Assembly (NCBI GenBank): GCA_964484095.1
Contig: CAZAEB010000001.1
Span: 1,655 to 65,654 of the forward strand
Source: an uncultured Gammaproteobacteria bacterium
Lineage (GTDB): Bacteria > Patescibacteriota > Microgenomatia > UBA12405 > BS750m-G30
DNA: 64,000 nt
Direction: 5' to 3'
In this document: positions 46,526 through 55,965 of the stretch, piece after piece
Numbering within the stretch: position 1 is the first letter of the stretch
Layout of the letters: each line of letters starts with the position of its first letter
Position numbers and translations under genes: made by a program
The notes under the pieces: generated by a model
What the model was told of the DNA's origin: nothing
What the model saw: the letters and a program-made list of their open reading frames with translations, nothing else
The model's database searches: none

Positions 46526-49500
46526 TCTTGGCTCTATCTGGGCTAATTGGAATTAAGCGACCAATGATAACATTTTCCTTCAAACCTATCAACCGGTCTT
46601 CTTTTCCTAAAATCGCCGCTTCTGTTAAAACATTAGTGGTTTCTTGGAATGAGGCTGCCGACAGCCAAGAAGTCGTGCTTAAGGCTGCCTGAGTAATTCC
46701 CAGGATTACCTGTTTACCAGTCGCTGGCTTGCCTTTTTCCTTTGCAACCCTCTTGTTTTCCTCAATAAAAGCTGGTTCCTCAATATGAGAACCTGCCAAA
46801 AACTCAGTATCGCCACTACTAGTTATTCTAATCTTGATGCTCATCTCTCTGATTATTACCTCAAAATGCTTGTCATGAATACTAATTCCCTGAGATTCAT
46901 AAACTTTTTGAACCTCTTCTAAAAGATATCTTTGTGCTTGAGAAATACCTCTAACACTGGCAATCTCTCTGATATCCAAAGTGCCGCTAGCAAGCTGAGT
47001 TCCTTTGCTAATTTCCTCTCCTTCCTTAACTAAAAGTTGGCTGGATAGGGGAATATTATACTCAGAAACAATCTCTTTGCCCTTTTCCTTTCCAAATATC
47101 TTCACTTGCCAACCATCAGTCTTTTCTTTAATGTTTATCGTCCCAGCAATATCCCCCAATGACGAAAGTCCTTTTGGGGTTCGCACCTCGAAAAGCTCCT
47201 GAACTCGCGGCAACCCTTGGGTAACGTCCAAGCCAATAACTCCTCCCGAATGTTTTGTTCTTAAGGTAAGCTGAGTTCCTGGCTCACCGATTGATTGAGC
47301 AGCAATAATTCCTGCCGGAGAGCCAACTTTTATCATTTGTCGGTCAGACAAATCCCAACCGTAACATTTAGCGCAAATGCCGTATTTTGTTTTACAGATA
47401 AGCGGTGACCTTACTATCACCTCAAAAACTCCCAATGCAACAACCTTTGTAGTCATCTCTTCATTAAGAAGTTCACCTTTCTTAAATACAACTTTACCTG
47501 TTTTTGGATTTTTGACTGGTTTGGCAAGAACTCTGCCAATGATCCTTAATCCAAAATTATCTTTTCTTTCTCCTTGGTTTTCAATTACTATCCCATCTTT
47601 AGTTTTACAATCTTCTTCTCTTACCAAAGCTCCATGAGCAGCATCCACCAGTCTTCGAGTCAGATAACCAGCATCAGCAGTTTTCAAAGCAGTATCAGTC
47701 AATCCTTTTCTAGACCCCCTTGCTCCGGTAACATACTCAAATACTGAAAGACCTTCTCTAAAGTTAGATTTAGTCGGCAAAGGAACAATTCTACCTAAAG
47801 GATCAACAACCAGACCCCTCATTCCGGAAATTTGCTTAATCTGATCTCTGCTAACCCGCTTCGCTCCTGCATCACTCATTAATTTAATCGGAGCGTCAAC
47901 GCTTAAAGAGCTCCAAATAATTGAGGCAATTTTTTCTGTTGTTTCAAGCCAAACATCCCGACTCAAGCTTTCTTTTTCCTGCTTAGTAATTAACCCCTCG
48001 TTATAGTTCTCCTCAATTTCTGCAACGCGCGCATTTGATTCGGCAATAATCTGCGGTTTTTGGTCTGATTGTCCACAGTCAGTTATAGCTAAAGAGATTC
48101 CTGATTTGGTCATTTCTCTAAATCCGAAATCTTTTACTTTGTCGATTAATTTTACATATTCTTTCAAATTTAAATTTTTATAAACACGTGTCAATAAATC
48201 CTTAATGACTTTACTATTAACAGACTCGTTGATAAACTCAAAGTCTTCAGGAAGGAATTTATTAAAAACAACTCTTCCGGCAGTTGTTAGCATCCATTTA
48301 CCACCCTCATCCTTAACTCCAATAAGCTCTCTTGTCTTAATTTCACCAACATCGTAATAATATTCAACCTCGTCGTAAGTTGAAAATACCCGAACTAATT
48401 TTAAGGCTTCCTTTTGGTCTTTCCCTAAAAGACCAAGGTCACTTTCTCTTATCGAGGTCGCATAGTAACATCCTACTGCCATTTCTTTTCCAGGAACATT
48501 TACCGGACTGCCATCTGATGGTTTCAAGACATTTTTGGTAGCAAGCATAAGCTTTCTTGACTCTTTTTGAGCCTCCTTAGACAAAGGCAATAAAACTCCC
48601 ATCTGATCTCCATCAAAATCAGCATTAAATCCAGAACAAACGCAGGGATGAAGCCTGATTGCCAAACCGTCAACCAAAACAGGTTTGAATGCCTGAATTG
48701 AAAGTTTATGTAAGGTGGGGGCACGATTTAGCAAAATATAGTTGTCCTTCACAACCTCATCTAAAATATCATAAGTTTCGGGTATTTTGTGATCAAGCAG
48801 TGTTTTAGCGCTTTTAATATTAGGAGCTGTTCCTCTAAGCATCAATTCTCGCAAAATATACGGCCTAAAAATTTCTAAAGCAATGTCTTTTGGCAGGCCA
48901 CACTCATTTAATTTCAACTCAGGACCAACCACAATAACACTTCGCCCAGAATAATCTACTCTTTTACCTAGCAGGTTTTTCCTAAATCTCCCTTTTTTGC
49001 CCTTAAGTAGGTCGGACAAAGATCGAGGAACTCTTCTACCAATAGATGCTCTTCTTTTAGCTCCTTTAGTAGCGTCAATTAAGACATCCACTGCTTCTTG
49101 AAGCATTCTTTTTTCATTTCTAAGAATAATATCCGGCGCTCCCAGCCCAATTAGTCTTTTTAACCGATTGTTTCTATTAATCACCCTCCTGTAAAGATCG
49201 TTAAGATCTGAAGTGGCAAATCTTCCTCCAGTTAACTGAACCATTGGCCGCAAGTCAGGCGGAATAACCGGCAAAACTTTCAAAACCATCTGAGACGGCT
49301 CAGTGTCTGATTTAATAAACCCTTTAAGTAGTCTTAATTTCTGAGTTAATTTCTTCTTTTTTTGATGACTGGACGTTTTCTCTATCTGAGCTCTAACCGT
49401 CTTGATTAACTTTTTTAAATCCATTCTCTTAATAATTTCCAAAATTGCTTCACTACCCATCCCTAATTCTAAAAAGTTGTCGGCATTAAATTGAGAAAGA

Positions 49501-50267
49501 TAGAAAAGCTCTTCCTCGGATAAAGTTGATAAGGGCTTGGCTTTCTTAATTTTATCTTGAAGCAATTGATGTAACTGCTCAATCTTCTTTTTCTCTACTT
49601 GCTGCTCCTCTTCAGCCTTTTTCTTTTTCTGTCGGTAGCTAACCTCAATTTCTTTTTGAGCAATTAAAAGCTGATCCTTGTTTTTAATCTTTTTAGCCAA
49701 ATTTTCCTTTTCGCCTTTCTCTTGGCTGAAATACTCTTTTAGTCTTTCCCCTGTCTGCTCTTTTAACTCATCAGTTTTTTCTTTAACTCCTTGTTTAAGT
49801 GTTTTAATCGCCGGTTTAACCGCGCTTTTATCAATATCGATTACTAAATATCTAGCAAAATATATCACCGCTTCGAGCTCTTTTTGAGGAATTCCCAAAA
49901 CTGCTGACAATGGAAGAGGATGATTTTTCAAAAACCAAATATGAACCACTGGAACGGCTAAAACAATATGGCCCATTCTTTCTCGACGAACCTTGGAATG
50001 AGTTACCTCAACACCACATTTATCACAAATAACTCCCCTAAACCTTATTTTTTTGTATTTTCCACAATAACATTCCCAGTCTTTTATAGGCCCAAATATC
50101 CGCTCGCAAAAAAGACCGTCTTTTTCCGGACGCCAGGTTCGATAATTTATCGTTTCCGGCTTAGTTACCTCACCATAAGAGGTCTCCAAAATTTCTTCAG
50201 GAGAAAACAACTTAATTCTTAAACCCTTAAAGTCAACAACGTTTTTGTTAAACAGATTATCACTCAT
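46518..50267 (-). CDS. rpoC: DNA-directed RNA polymerase subunit beta'
   Basis: 1249 aa. Zinc-finger Cys (CYCGKY...CDKCGV). Catalytic NADFDGDQM. Confidence 0.97.
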   Translation of the reverse strand: MSDNLFNKNVVDFKGLRIKLFSPEEILETSYGEVTKPETINYRTWRPEKDGLFCERIFGPIKDWECYCGKYKKIRFRGVICDKCGVEVTHSKVRRERMGHIVLAVPVVHIWFLKNHPLPLSAVLGIPQKELEAVIYFARYLVIDIDKSAVKPAIKTLKQGVKEKTDELKEQTGERLKEYFSQEKGEKENLAKKIKNKDQLLIAQKEIEVSYRQKKKKAEEEQQVEKKKIEQLHQLLQDKIKKAKPLSTLSEEELFYLSQFNADNFLELGMGSEAILEIIKRMDLKKLIKTVRAQIEKTSSHQKKKKLTQKLRLLKGFIKSDTEPSQMVLKVLPVIPPDLRPMVQLTGGRFATSDLNDLYRRVINRNNRLKRLIGLGAPDIILRNEKRMLQEAVDVLIDATKGAKRRASIGRRVPRSLSDLLKGKKGRFRKNLLGKRVDYSGRSVIVVGPELKLNECGLPKDIALEIFRPYILRELMLRGTAPNIKSAKTLLDHKIPETYDILDEVVKDNYILLNRAPTLHKLSIQAFKPVLVDGLAIRLHPCVCSGFNADFDGDQMGVLLPLSKEAQKESRKLMLATKNVLKPSDGSPVNVPGKEMAVGCYYATSIRESDLGLLGKDQKEALKLVRVFSTYDEVEYYYDVGEIKTRELIGVKDEGGKWMLTTAGRVVFNKFLPEDFEFINESVNSKVIKDLLTRVYKNLNLKEYVKLIDKVKDFGFREMTKSGISLAITDCGQSDQKPQIIAESNARVAEIEENYNEGLITKQEKESLSRDVWLETTEKIASIIWSSLSVDAPIKLMSDAGAKRVSRDQIKQISGMRGLVVDPLGRIVPLPTKSNFREGLSVFEYVTGARGSRKGLTDTALKTADAGYLTRRLVDAAHGALVREEDCKTKDGIVIENQGERKDNFGLRIIGRVLAKPVKNPKTGKVVFKKGELLNEEMTTKVVALGVFEVIVRSPLICKTKYGICAKCYGWDLSDRQMIKVGSPAGIIAAQSIGEPGTQLTLRTKHSGGVIGLDVTQGLPRVQELFEVRTPKGLSSLGDIAGTINIKEKTDGWQVKIFGKEKGKEIVSEYNIPLSSQLLVKEGEEISKGTQLASGTLDIREIASVRGISQAQRYLLEEVQKVYESQGISIHDKHFEVIIREMSIKIRITSSGDTEFLAGSHIEEPAFIEENKRVAKEKGKPATGKQVILGITQAALSTTSWLSAASFQETTNVLTEAAILGKEDRLIGLKENVIIGRLIPISPDRAKIE

Positions 50268-53200
50268 CAGTAGTTTCCTCCTTCATCACTACCCCTGTTG
50301 GATAGACCTTAAGACCTAACCCGGCAAGCTCTTTAACCAAAACCTTAAAGGATTCCGGCAAGGTGGGTTCGGGAATTTCTTGACCTTTAATAATCGCCTG
50401 AAAAGCCTTAGCTCTTCCCTCAATATCATCCGATTTTATCGTCAACATTTCCTGTAAAACATGAGAGGCTCGGTGAGCTTCCAATGCCCAAACCTCCATT
50501 TCTCCCAACCTCTGACCACCCATTCTTGTCTTTCCTCCTAAGGGTTGTTGAGTAACTAAGGAATAAGGTCCTGTAGATCTGGCGTGAACCTTATCTTCAG
50601 CCATATGATGAAGCTTGGTTATATAACCAACACCAACAGCTACTTCCTGATCATAAGGCTCTCCGCTTTTGCCATCATACAAAACAAACTTACCCGAAAC
50701 CGGCAAGCCTGCTTTTTTAATCAGACTAATAATTGTCTCTTCAGAAATATTTTCGAAAGAAGGAACAGCATACTTTTCTCCTAATTTTATTCCTGCCATT
50801 CCCAAATGAACCTCCAAAATCTGACCAAGATTCATTCTGGCAATAACCGACAAAGGAGAAATTACCACATCAATGGGAGTTCCATCGGGAAGACGAGGCA
50901 TATCATAAACAGGCAAAATTCTACCAATTACCCCTTTATTTCCATGTCTACCAGCCAGCTTGTCTCCCTCGCGAACTTTCCTCAGTTGAGCAACTAATAC
51001 TTTAACAATTTTGTTAACCCCAGAAGGAAGCTCGTCACCTTTACTTCTATCTAAAATTTGAACACCAATGACGGTGCCACCCTCACCATGAGGAACTTTT
51101 AAGCTGGTATCTTTTACATCTTTTGCCTTTTCTCCAAAAATTGCTCGTAAAAGTCTTTCCTCGGCTGTTAACTCTTTTTCTCCTTTTGGTTCAACTTTTC
51201 CTACCAAAATATCACTCGGACCAACTTTAGAACCAATCAAAATCATTCCATCCTCTGTTAATCTAGCCAAATCCGCTTCTGAAACACCAGGTATGTCACG
51301 AGTAAGCTCTTCTGGTCCCAGTTTGGTATCTACAACCTGAGCCTCATATTCAGCAATTTGAACCGAAGTTAACAAATCCTCTTTTACTAGTCTGTCAGAA
51401 ACAAGAATCGAATCTTCATATCCCAATCCCTCAATACAAGCATAAGCAACAACCAGATTTTTCCCCAAAGCCAACTCTCCTCCTTGGGTAGCCGGTCCAT
51501 CGGCTAATAAATCTCCCTTTTCAACCTGTTGGCCTATGGCCACCACCGGTTTTTGATTGTAGCAAGTTCCGTTAGGACTGGTTCGCTGATATTTGAAAAG
51601 ATTGTAAACATGTTCTCCTTTTTTAATCTCAACTACTCCATTAACAATGTCTTTTTTAGAATTTGGTTTGACAACAATCTTTGAAGAGTCAACATAAACC
51701 ACCTTACCGGCCGCTTGAGCAGTAATAATTCGATTCATTGCCCTTACCACCAATCCCTCCATTCCTGTACCAACCACAGGAGAGTCAGGATTCAAAAGTG
51801 GGACCGCTTGACACTGCATGTTTGAACCCATAAGAGCCCTGTTAACTTCGTCATGATCAACAAAAGGAATCGTTGCCGCCGACATCCCCATAACCTGCTG
51901 TGGAGAATAGTCAATCAGTTGTACTTTGCTAACTGGAGCCTCGGTAAACTCTCCCTGATAACGAACCGAAACTCTCTCAGCTGTGATAAAATTGTTTTTA
52001 TCAGTCACAACGCCAGCATAGGTAATATAGTAGTCCATTTCATCATCAGCGGAAAGATATACAACCTCATCGGTAATTTTCACCTTTTGTTTTCCTTTTT
52101 GCTTAATTAACTTGGTTTTTCGGAAAGGAGTCTCCAAAAACCCATAATCATTAACCCGACTATATATAGCCAGATAGGTAACCAAGCCAATATTCATTCC
52201 TTCAGGTGATTTAATCGGACAGATGCGACCATACTGAGAAGAATGAATATCTCGAATTGAAAAAGTGGCTCTTTCCCTGGTCAGTCCGCCTGGACCAATC
52301 ACAGTTACTTTTCTTAGTATGTCCAACTCAGCCAACGGATTAGTTTGATCTAAAATTGCCGATAACTGAGAGGTTTTAAAAAATGAGTTAATTCCTGCCA
52401 CTACCGGTTGAAAATTAACCATCTGAGAGGGTTTGATTTTATCTTCGGTACTAATAAGACTCATTCTCTCTTTTATTGCTCTTTCAAATCTGGCAACCGA
52501 CCTTCTAAGCACTGACTGAGTGATAATCTCTCCCACTCTTCGCAATCGACGATTCCCCAAGTGATCAATATCATCTAATTTTGTTTCATCACCTTTTTGA
52601 AGATCAATTAAATACTTAACTGTTTTAATTATATCTTGAGGCGTCAAAACCCAATTTTTCGGATCTTTATCGGGCAGATCAAGACCCAACCGACGATTTG
52701 CCTTGTAGCGACCAACTCTGCCGATCTCATAAGAGTGAATGTCGAAAAAAGACGTCTTAAAAAGATTGGTGGCGTTTTCTAAAACTAAAGGCTCTCCCGG
52801 TCGAAGTTTTCGATAAAATTCCAGTAAGGCTTCCTGACTATTTCTAGTAGAATCAATTTCTAGGGTAGGATCAATAAAATCAGAAAATTCCCTTCTCAAA
52901 ACCTTATCGCTCTCAATACCCAAAGCCCTAAGAAGAACAGTGGCAGGAAACTTCCTACGACGATCTATTCGAGCATAAACAGTATTTTTTCTACCAACAA
53001 AAAACTCCAGCCAAGAACCTCTTAAAGGACGAATCTCTGCATGAAATAGTTTTTTGCCCGTGACAGGCTCGTCTTCAGAAGTAAAATAAATTCCAGGAGA
53101 ACGAACCAGCTGATTAACCACTCCTCTTTCAATGCCTCCAATAATAAAGGTTCCCTCCTCAGTAATTGTGGGAATATTAATTACAAATACTTCTTCGGTT

Positions 53201-53499
53201 TTTTCAACCTTTGTTCTTTTATTGATCAGCTTTACCTGAATAGTTAGTGGAGCGCAGTAAGAAACTCCTTTAAGTTTAGCCTTAAGTGGGGTAATTATCG
53301 GCTCACCGACAGCAATATCACCCAATTCAACTCGCCAATTAGCACCAGTATAATCGTCAACTGGAGAAATTGACTGAAAAATCTCCTTAAGTCCATTGTT
53401 TAAAAACCAATCCCAAGACTCCTTTTGCACTAAGGTTAAACTTTCGACAGGCGGTAGTTGTAAATTTTTTCCTAAAAATATTCTTTTTGAGCCAGGCAT
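50260..53499 (-). CDS. rpoB: DNA-directed RNA polymerase subunit beta
   Basis: 1079 aa. Rif-region context GPGGLTRERA. Ends ...ETTDE-TGA, overlapping the rpoC ATG (ATGAGTGA). Confidence 0.97.
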   Translation of the reverse strand: MPGSKRIFLGKNLQLPPVESLTLVQKESWDWFLNNGLKEIFQSISPVDDYTGANWRVELGDIAVGEPIITPLKAKLKGVSYCAPLTIQVKLINKRTKVEKTEEVFVINIPTITEEGTFIIGGIERGVVNQLVRSPGIYFTSEDEPVTGKKLFHAEIRPLRGSWLEFFVGRKNTVYARIDRRRKFPATVLLRALGIESDKVLRREFSDFIDPTLEIDSTRNSQEALLEFYRKLRPGEPLVLENATNLFKTSFFDIHSYEIGRVGRYKANRRLGLDLPDKDPKNWVLTPQDIIKTVKYLIDLQKGDETKLDDIDHLGNRRLRRVGEIITQSVLRRSVARFERAIKERMSLISTEDKIKPSQMVNFQPVVAGINSFFKTSQLSAILDQTNPLAELDILRKVTVIGPGGLTRERATFSIRDIHSSQYGRICPIKSPEGMNIGLVTYLAIYSRVNDYGFLETPFRKTKLIKQKGKQKVKITDEVVYLSADDEMDYYITYAGVVTDKNNFITAERVSVRYQGEFTEAPVSKVQLIDYSPQQVMGMSAATIPFVDHDEVNRALMGSNMQCQAVPLLNPDSPVVGTGMEGLVVRAMNRIITAQAAGKVVYVDSSKIVVKPNSKKDIVNGVVEIKKGEHVYNLFKYQRTSPNGTCYNQKPVVAIGQQVEKGDLLADGPATQGGELALGKNLVVAYACIEGLGYEDSILVSDRLVKEDLLTSVQIAEYEAQVVDTKLGPEELTRDIPGVSEADLARLTEDGMILIGSKVGPSDILVGKVEPKGEKELTAEERLLRAIFGEKAKDVKDTSLKVPHGEGGTVIGVQILDRSKGDELPSGVNKIVKVLVAQLRKVREGDKLAGRHGNKGVIGRILPVYDMPRLPDGTPIDVVISPLSVIARMNLGQILEVHLGMAGIKLGEKYAVPSFENISEETIISLIKKAGLPVSGKFVLYDGKSGEPYDQEVAVGVGYITKLHHMAEDKVHARSTGPYSLVTQQPLGGKTRMGGQRLGEMEVWALEAHRASHVLQEMLTIKSDDIEGRAKAFQAIIKGQEIPEPTLPESFKVLVKELAGLGLKVYPTGVVMKEETTDE

Positions 53500-53559
53500 T
53501 GGGTAAAAACAGCCAAAAAAATATCGCGGACAAAAGTCCGCTATTTGCTTTAAGTTAAT

Positions 53560-53587
53560 ATTCTAACACGATTTTGGTAATTGTCAA
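53560..53587 (-). promoter_or_regulatory. sigma70-like promoter TTGACA-16-TAGAAT for rpoBC
   Basis: Minus-strand TTGACA is plus-strand tgtcaa at 53582-53587. TAGAAT is plus-strand attcta at 53560-53565. The leader then contains the hairpin gcggac-aaaa-gtccgc (53526-53541) followed by U7. Confidence 0.4.
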
Positions 53588-53632
53588 TTATAAACCCACG
53601 ACCTTGCGGTCTCGGCTTTGTTTTTCGCTTTC

Positions 53633-54613
53633 TCAAAATAAATACTTATCAATATTAGATTGATGCTCCTCATAGGTTGTGGAAAAGTGAATTTTTCCAG
53701 AAAGATCTGAAAGATAGAACCAGTATTCCGAATTGATCGAATTAGCCACCGCCTCAAGAGAAGAAAGAGAGGGATTGCAAATCGGCTGAGGAGGAAGTCC
53801 TTTATTAAGATAGGTATTGTACGGAGAATCAATCTTCAAATCAACTGATCCGACAAAGGGCCACCACTGACAATCAATCCTCCCCTCGCAAACACTGTTG
53901 GCCTTGACATATTGAGAAGAAGCATCAATTTGCAGGGCCCAATCGTTGTTTAATCTTTTTTTAATAATCCCAGCAACCAGCTGACGATCATTGTCAGTCT
54001 TTGCTTCCCTTTCTACCAGTGAAGCAACAACTATCAACTGATCAAAAGAAAAATCATCCAGCTCATTTCCTTTTTGGATTTTCGCAACTTTTTTATCAAA
54101 ATTTGTCAACATCATCTCGACCACTTTTTTTGCCGAACTACCAACCGGCACCAGATAGCTATCGGGGAAAAGACTACCTTCTTTTCCCAAGCTGGCAAGT
54201 AAAAAATCGGACCCTTTAATACCCAATTCTTTCTCCACTACACTGGCAATTTCCTCCCTTCTTAGTCCTTCCACCACCGTCAGCCACTGATCTAATTTAC
54301 CGCTAGTTAGACTCTTGACAATCTGGTCAGTACTCATTGTCTGGCTTAATCTAAATGATCCTGCTTGAATTTTGCCCATTAATCCCAACCGATAAGTTTC
54401 GACAATGAATAGATAACTGCTTTTTACCAGCCCTTCTTTTTTTAACCGAACAGCAATTGTTCTGGTAGGTTCGCCACGATTAACAACAAATACTTTTTCC
54501 TGACCGTTACTGGTCACCGGAGAAGTCACCCAGAGATAAAAAAGACAGAAACTAACTCCAACCACTAAAAACAGGATAAATAATGATGTTTTAAATGATT
54601 TTTTTTTAGCCAC
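53633..54613 (-). CDS. mltG: endolytic murein transglycosylase MltG (YceG family)
   Basis: 326 aa. N-terminal TM helix. YceG-like domain with the characteristic FPDSY and Q-W-P context. Confidence 0.85.
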   Translation of the reverse strand: MAKKKSFKTSLFILFLVVGVSFCLFYLWVTSPVTSNGQEKVFVVNRGEPTRTIAVRLKKEGLVKSSYLFIVETYRLGLMGKIQAGSFRLSQTMSTDQIVKSLTSGKLDQWLTVVEGLRREEIASVVEKELGIKGSDFLLASLGKEGSLFPDSYLVPVGSSAKKVVEMMLTNFDKKVAKIQKGNELDDFSFDQLIVVASLVEREAKTDNDRQLVAGIIKKRLNNDWALQIDASSQYVKANSVCEGRIDCQWWPFVGSVDLKIDSPYNTYLNKGLPPQPICNPSLSSLEAVANSINSEYWFYLSDLSGKIHFSTTYEEHQSNIDKYLF

Positions 54614-54616
54614 CAG

Positions 54617-54817
54617 CTAAACCTCCTCAAAAAGAGCTCGACGATGCTTTTTGATTTTCTTGTCAAAAATAAAAATTCGTCCGCACTTGCAAGTTACTCT
54701 TTCCTGTCCATTCTTGCCTTTCTCTTTTTTACCTTTTTCCAATGGCAACCCACAACCAACACACCTATTTTGAGAAATCAACCAGGCCTGAATAGGAGCA
54801 ATAACGTTCTTAAACAT
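54617..54817 (-). CDS. small zinc-ribbon protein (hypothetical)
   Basis: 66 aa. CVGCG...CKCG. 8-nt overlap with ruvX. Confidence 0.45.
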   Translation of the reverse strand: MFKNVIAPIQAWLISQNRCVGCGLPLEKGKKEKGKNGQERVTCKCGRIFIFDKKIKKHRRALFEEV

Positions 54818-55202
54818 TAACCACCTCCTTTCTTTTTAATAATAAAAAACGTTCCAATATTAACGCTGCCGAAATCGAATCAACCGGTTTTTTAACCCTT
54901 TCTCCTTGGCTAGAAATAATCTCTTTTGCCTCCCAAGTTGTCAGAGTTTCATCAACTAACTCCACAGGTAATTTTACTATACCGGAAAGCTTTTGAGCAA
55001 ATTTTTTTGTTTTTTGAGCTGTTTTTCCCTCCGAAATCCCTAACAAGACCAGATTTATCTTTTCTTCTACACAAACATCTTGTATTTTTTTTATGGATTC
55101 CAATTCGGTCCCAGTAATAACCGGCAATGTATTAATAACACCACTTAATCCGATCGCCGCCCCAATTCTTTTTTCACCATAATCTAGAGAAAGTATTTTC
55201 AT
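54810..55202 (-). CDS. ruvX: putative pre-16S rRNA nuclease / Holliday-junction-resolvase-like YqgF (RuvX)
   Basis: 130 aa. MKILSLDYGEKRIGAAIG, an RNase H-like fold. Confidence 0.85.
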   Translation of the reverse strand: MKILSLDYGEKRIGAAIGLSGVINTLPVITGTELESIKKIQDVCVEEKINLVLLGISEGKTAQKTKKFAQKLSGIVKLPVELVDETLTTWEAKEIISSQGERVKKPVDSISAALILERFLLLKRKEVVNV

Positions 55203-55205
55203 GAT

Positions 55206-55964
55206 TTAATGGTCTACCAGCCTAGCTCTAACCACTAATCTTCTCAGATAAGTCCCGGGGGGAGTGCAGGTAATCATTGTTAAAAACTTACCATCAAATC
55301 TTTGTTCCAGCACGGAAAGGTCACTTGGAGCAACCTCAAAAAGTTTTTCAACCCCATAGCGATACTCGACTCCGTCGTAAAAAAGATAAACCTCGTCATC
55401 TACACGAAGCCTGTAAAGAGTTGAAAAAATCGTCAGATAGTTATCAGTATCAAAAAACTGAGGCAAAACAGAATGACCGAAAATAACCGTATTGCCGAAT
55501 TGACCAGGAAAAGCAGTTTCCGGATAATGGATAAGCCACTTTTTAAGATCATCGCCACCTATATGAACCACTGCCCGATCTATCTTAAGCTTGGGGATAG
55601 AAAGATTGTAATAAACCAGACCATTATCGGTTGAATCAAAAACAGATGGTTGATCAGCAAACCAGGAAGAAACCAGAGTATAATCCTGTTTATTCTCTTC
55701 TGCTTGGGCTCGAGAAGCTCCGAAAAGAAACGATCTTTCCTGATCAGGAACCGGACTATGAATCTTTACAAAATCAGGAGCATATCTAATCTGGTAACTG
55801 ATAATCGGCAAAACGCCGCTACCAATAAGAAAAAGACCAAAAACTACCAAAAGCGAAGAGGCAGTTTTTTTAACAGCTTTTTTCTTTAAAAACCAGCTCA
55901 ATTTTCCAAAGAATATTTCAACCTGATCCGGCTCCTCTTTTTTAACATAACTGTATAGGCTCAT
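55206..55964 (-). CDS. sortase family transpeptidase
   Basis: 252 aa. N-terminal TM helix. Catalytic His (VIFGHS), Cys (LTMITCTP) and Arg (RLVVRAR). Confidence 0.8.
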   Translation of the reverse strand: MSLYSYVKKEEPDQVEIFFGKLSWFLKKKAVKKTASSLLVVFGLFLIGSGVLPIISYQIRYAPDFVKIHSPVPDQERSFLFGASRAQAEENKQDYTLVSSWFADQPSVFDSTDNGLVYYNLSIPKLKIDRAVVHIGGDDLKKWLIHYPETAFPGQFGNTVIFGHSVLPQFFDTDNYLTIFSTLYRLRVDDEVYLFYDGVEYRYGVEKLFEVAPSDLSVLEQRFDGKFLTMITCTPPGTYLRRLVVRARLVDH

Positions 55965-55965
55965 A

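Noticed and set aside
13601-50262. Alternative genetic code (UGA = Gly, code 25) as the explanation for the in-frame TGA at 2318
   Set aside because: secD and rpoB both terminate with TGA inside ATGA / ATGAGTGA start-stop overlaps. All long ORFs are intact under the standard code. The standard code therefore applies.
46518-53499. Many 60-110-aa antisense or off-frame ORFs inside rpoB/rpoC/fusA/tuf, for example 47005..47202, 49968..50222, 44858..45106, 51853..52110
   Set aside because: They are embedded in highly conserved coding sequence on the other strand or frame. They have no start context and are frame artefacts.
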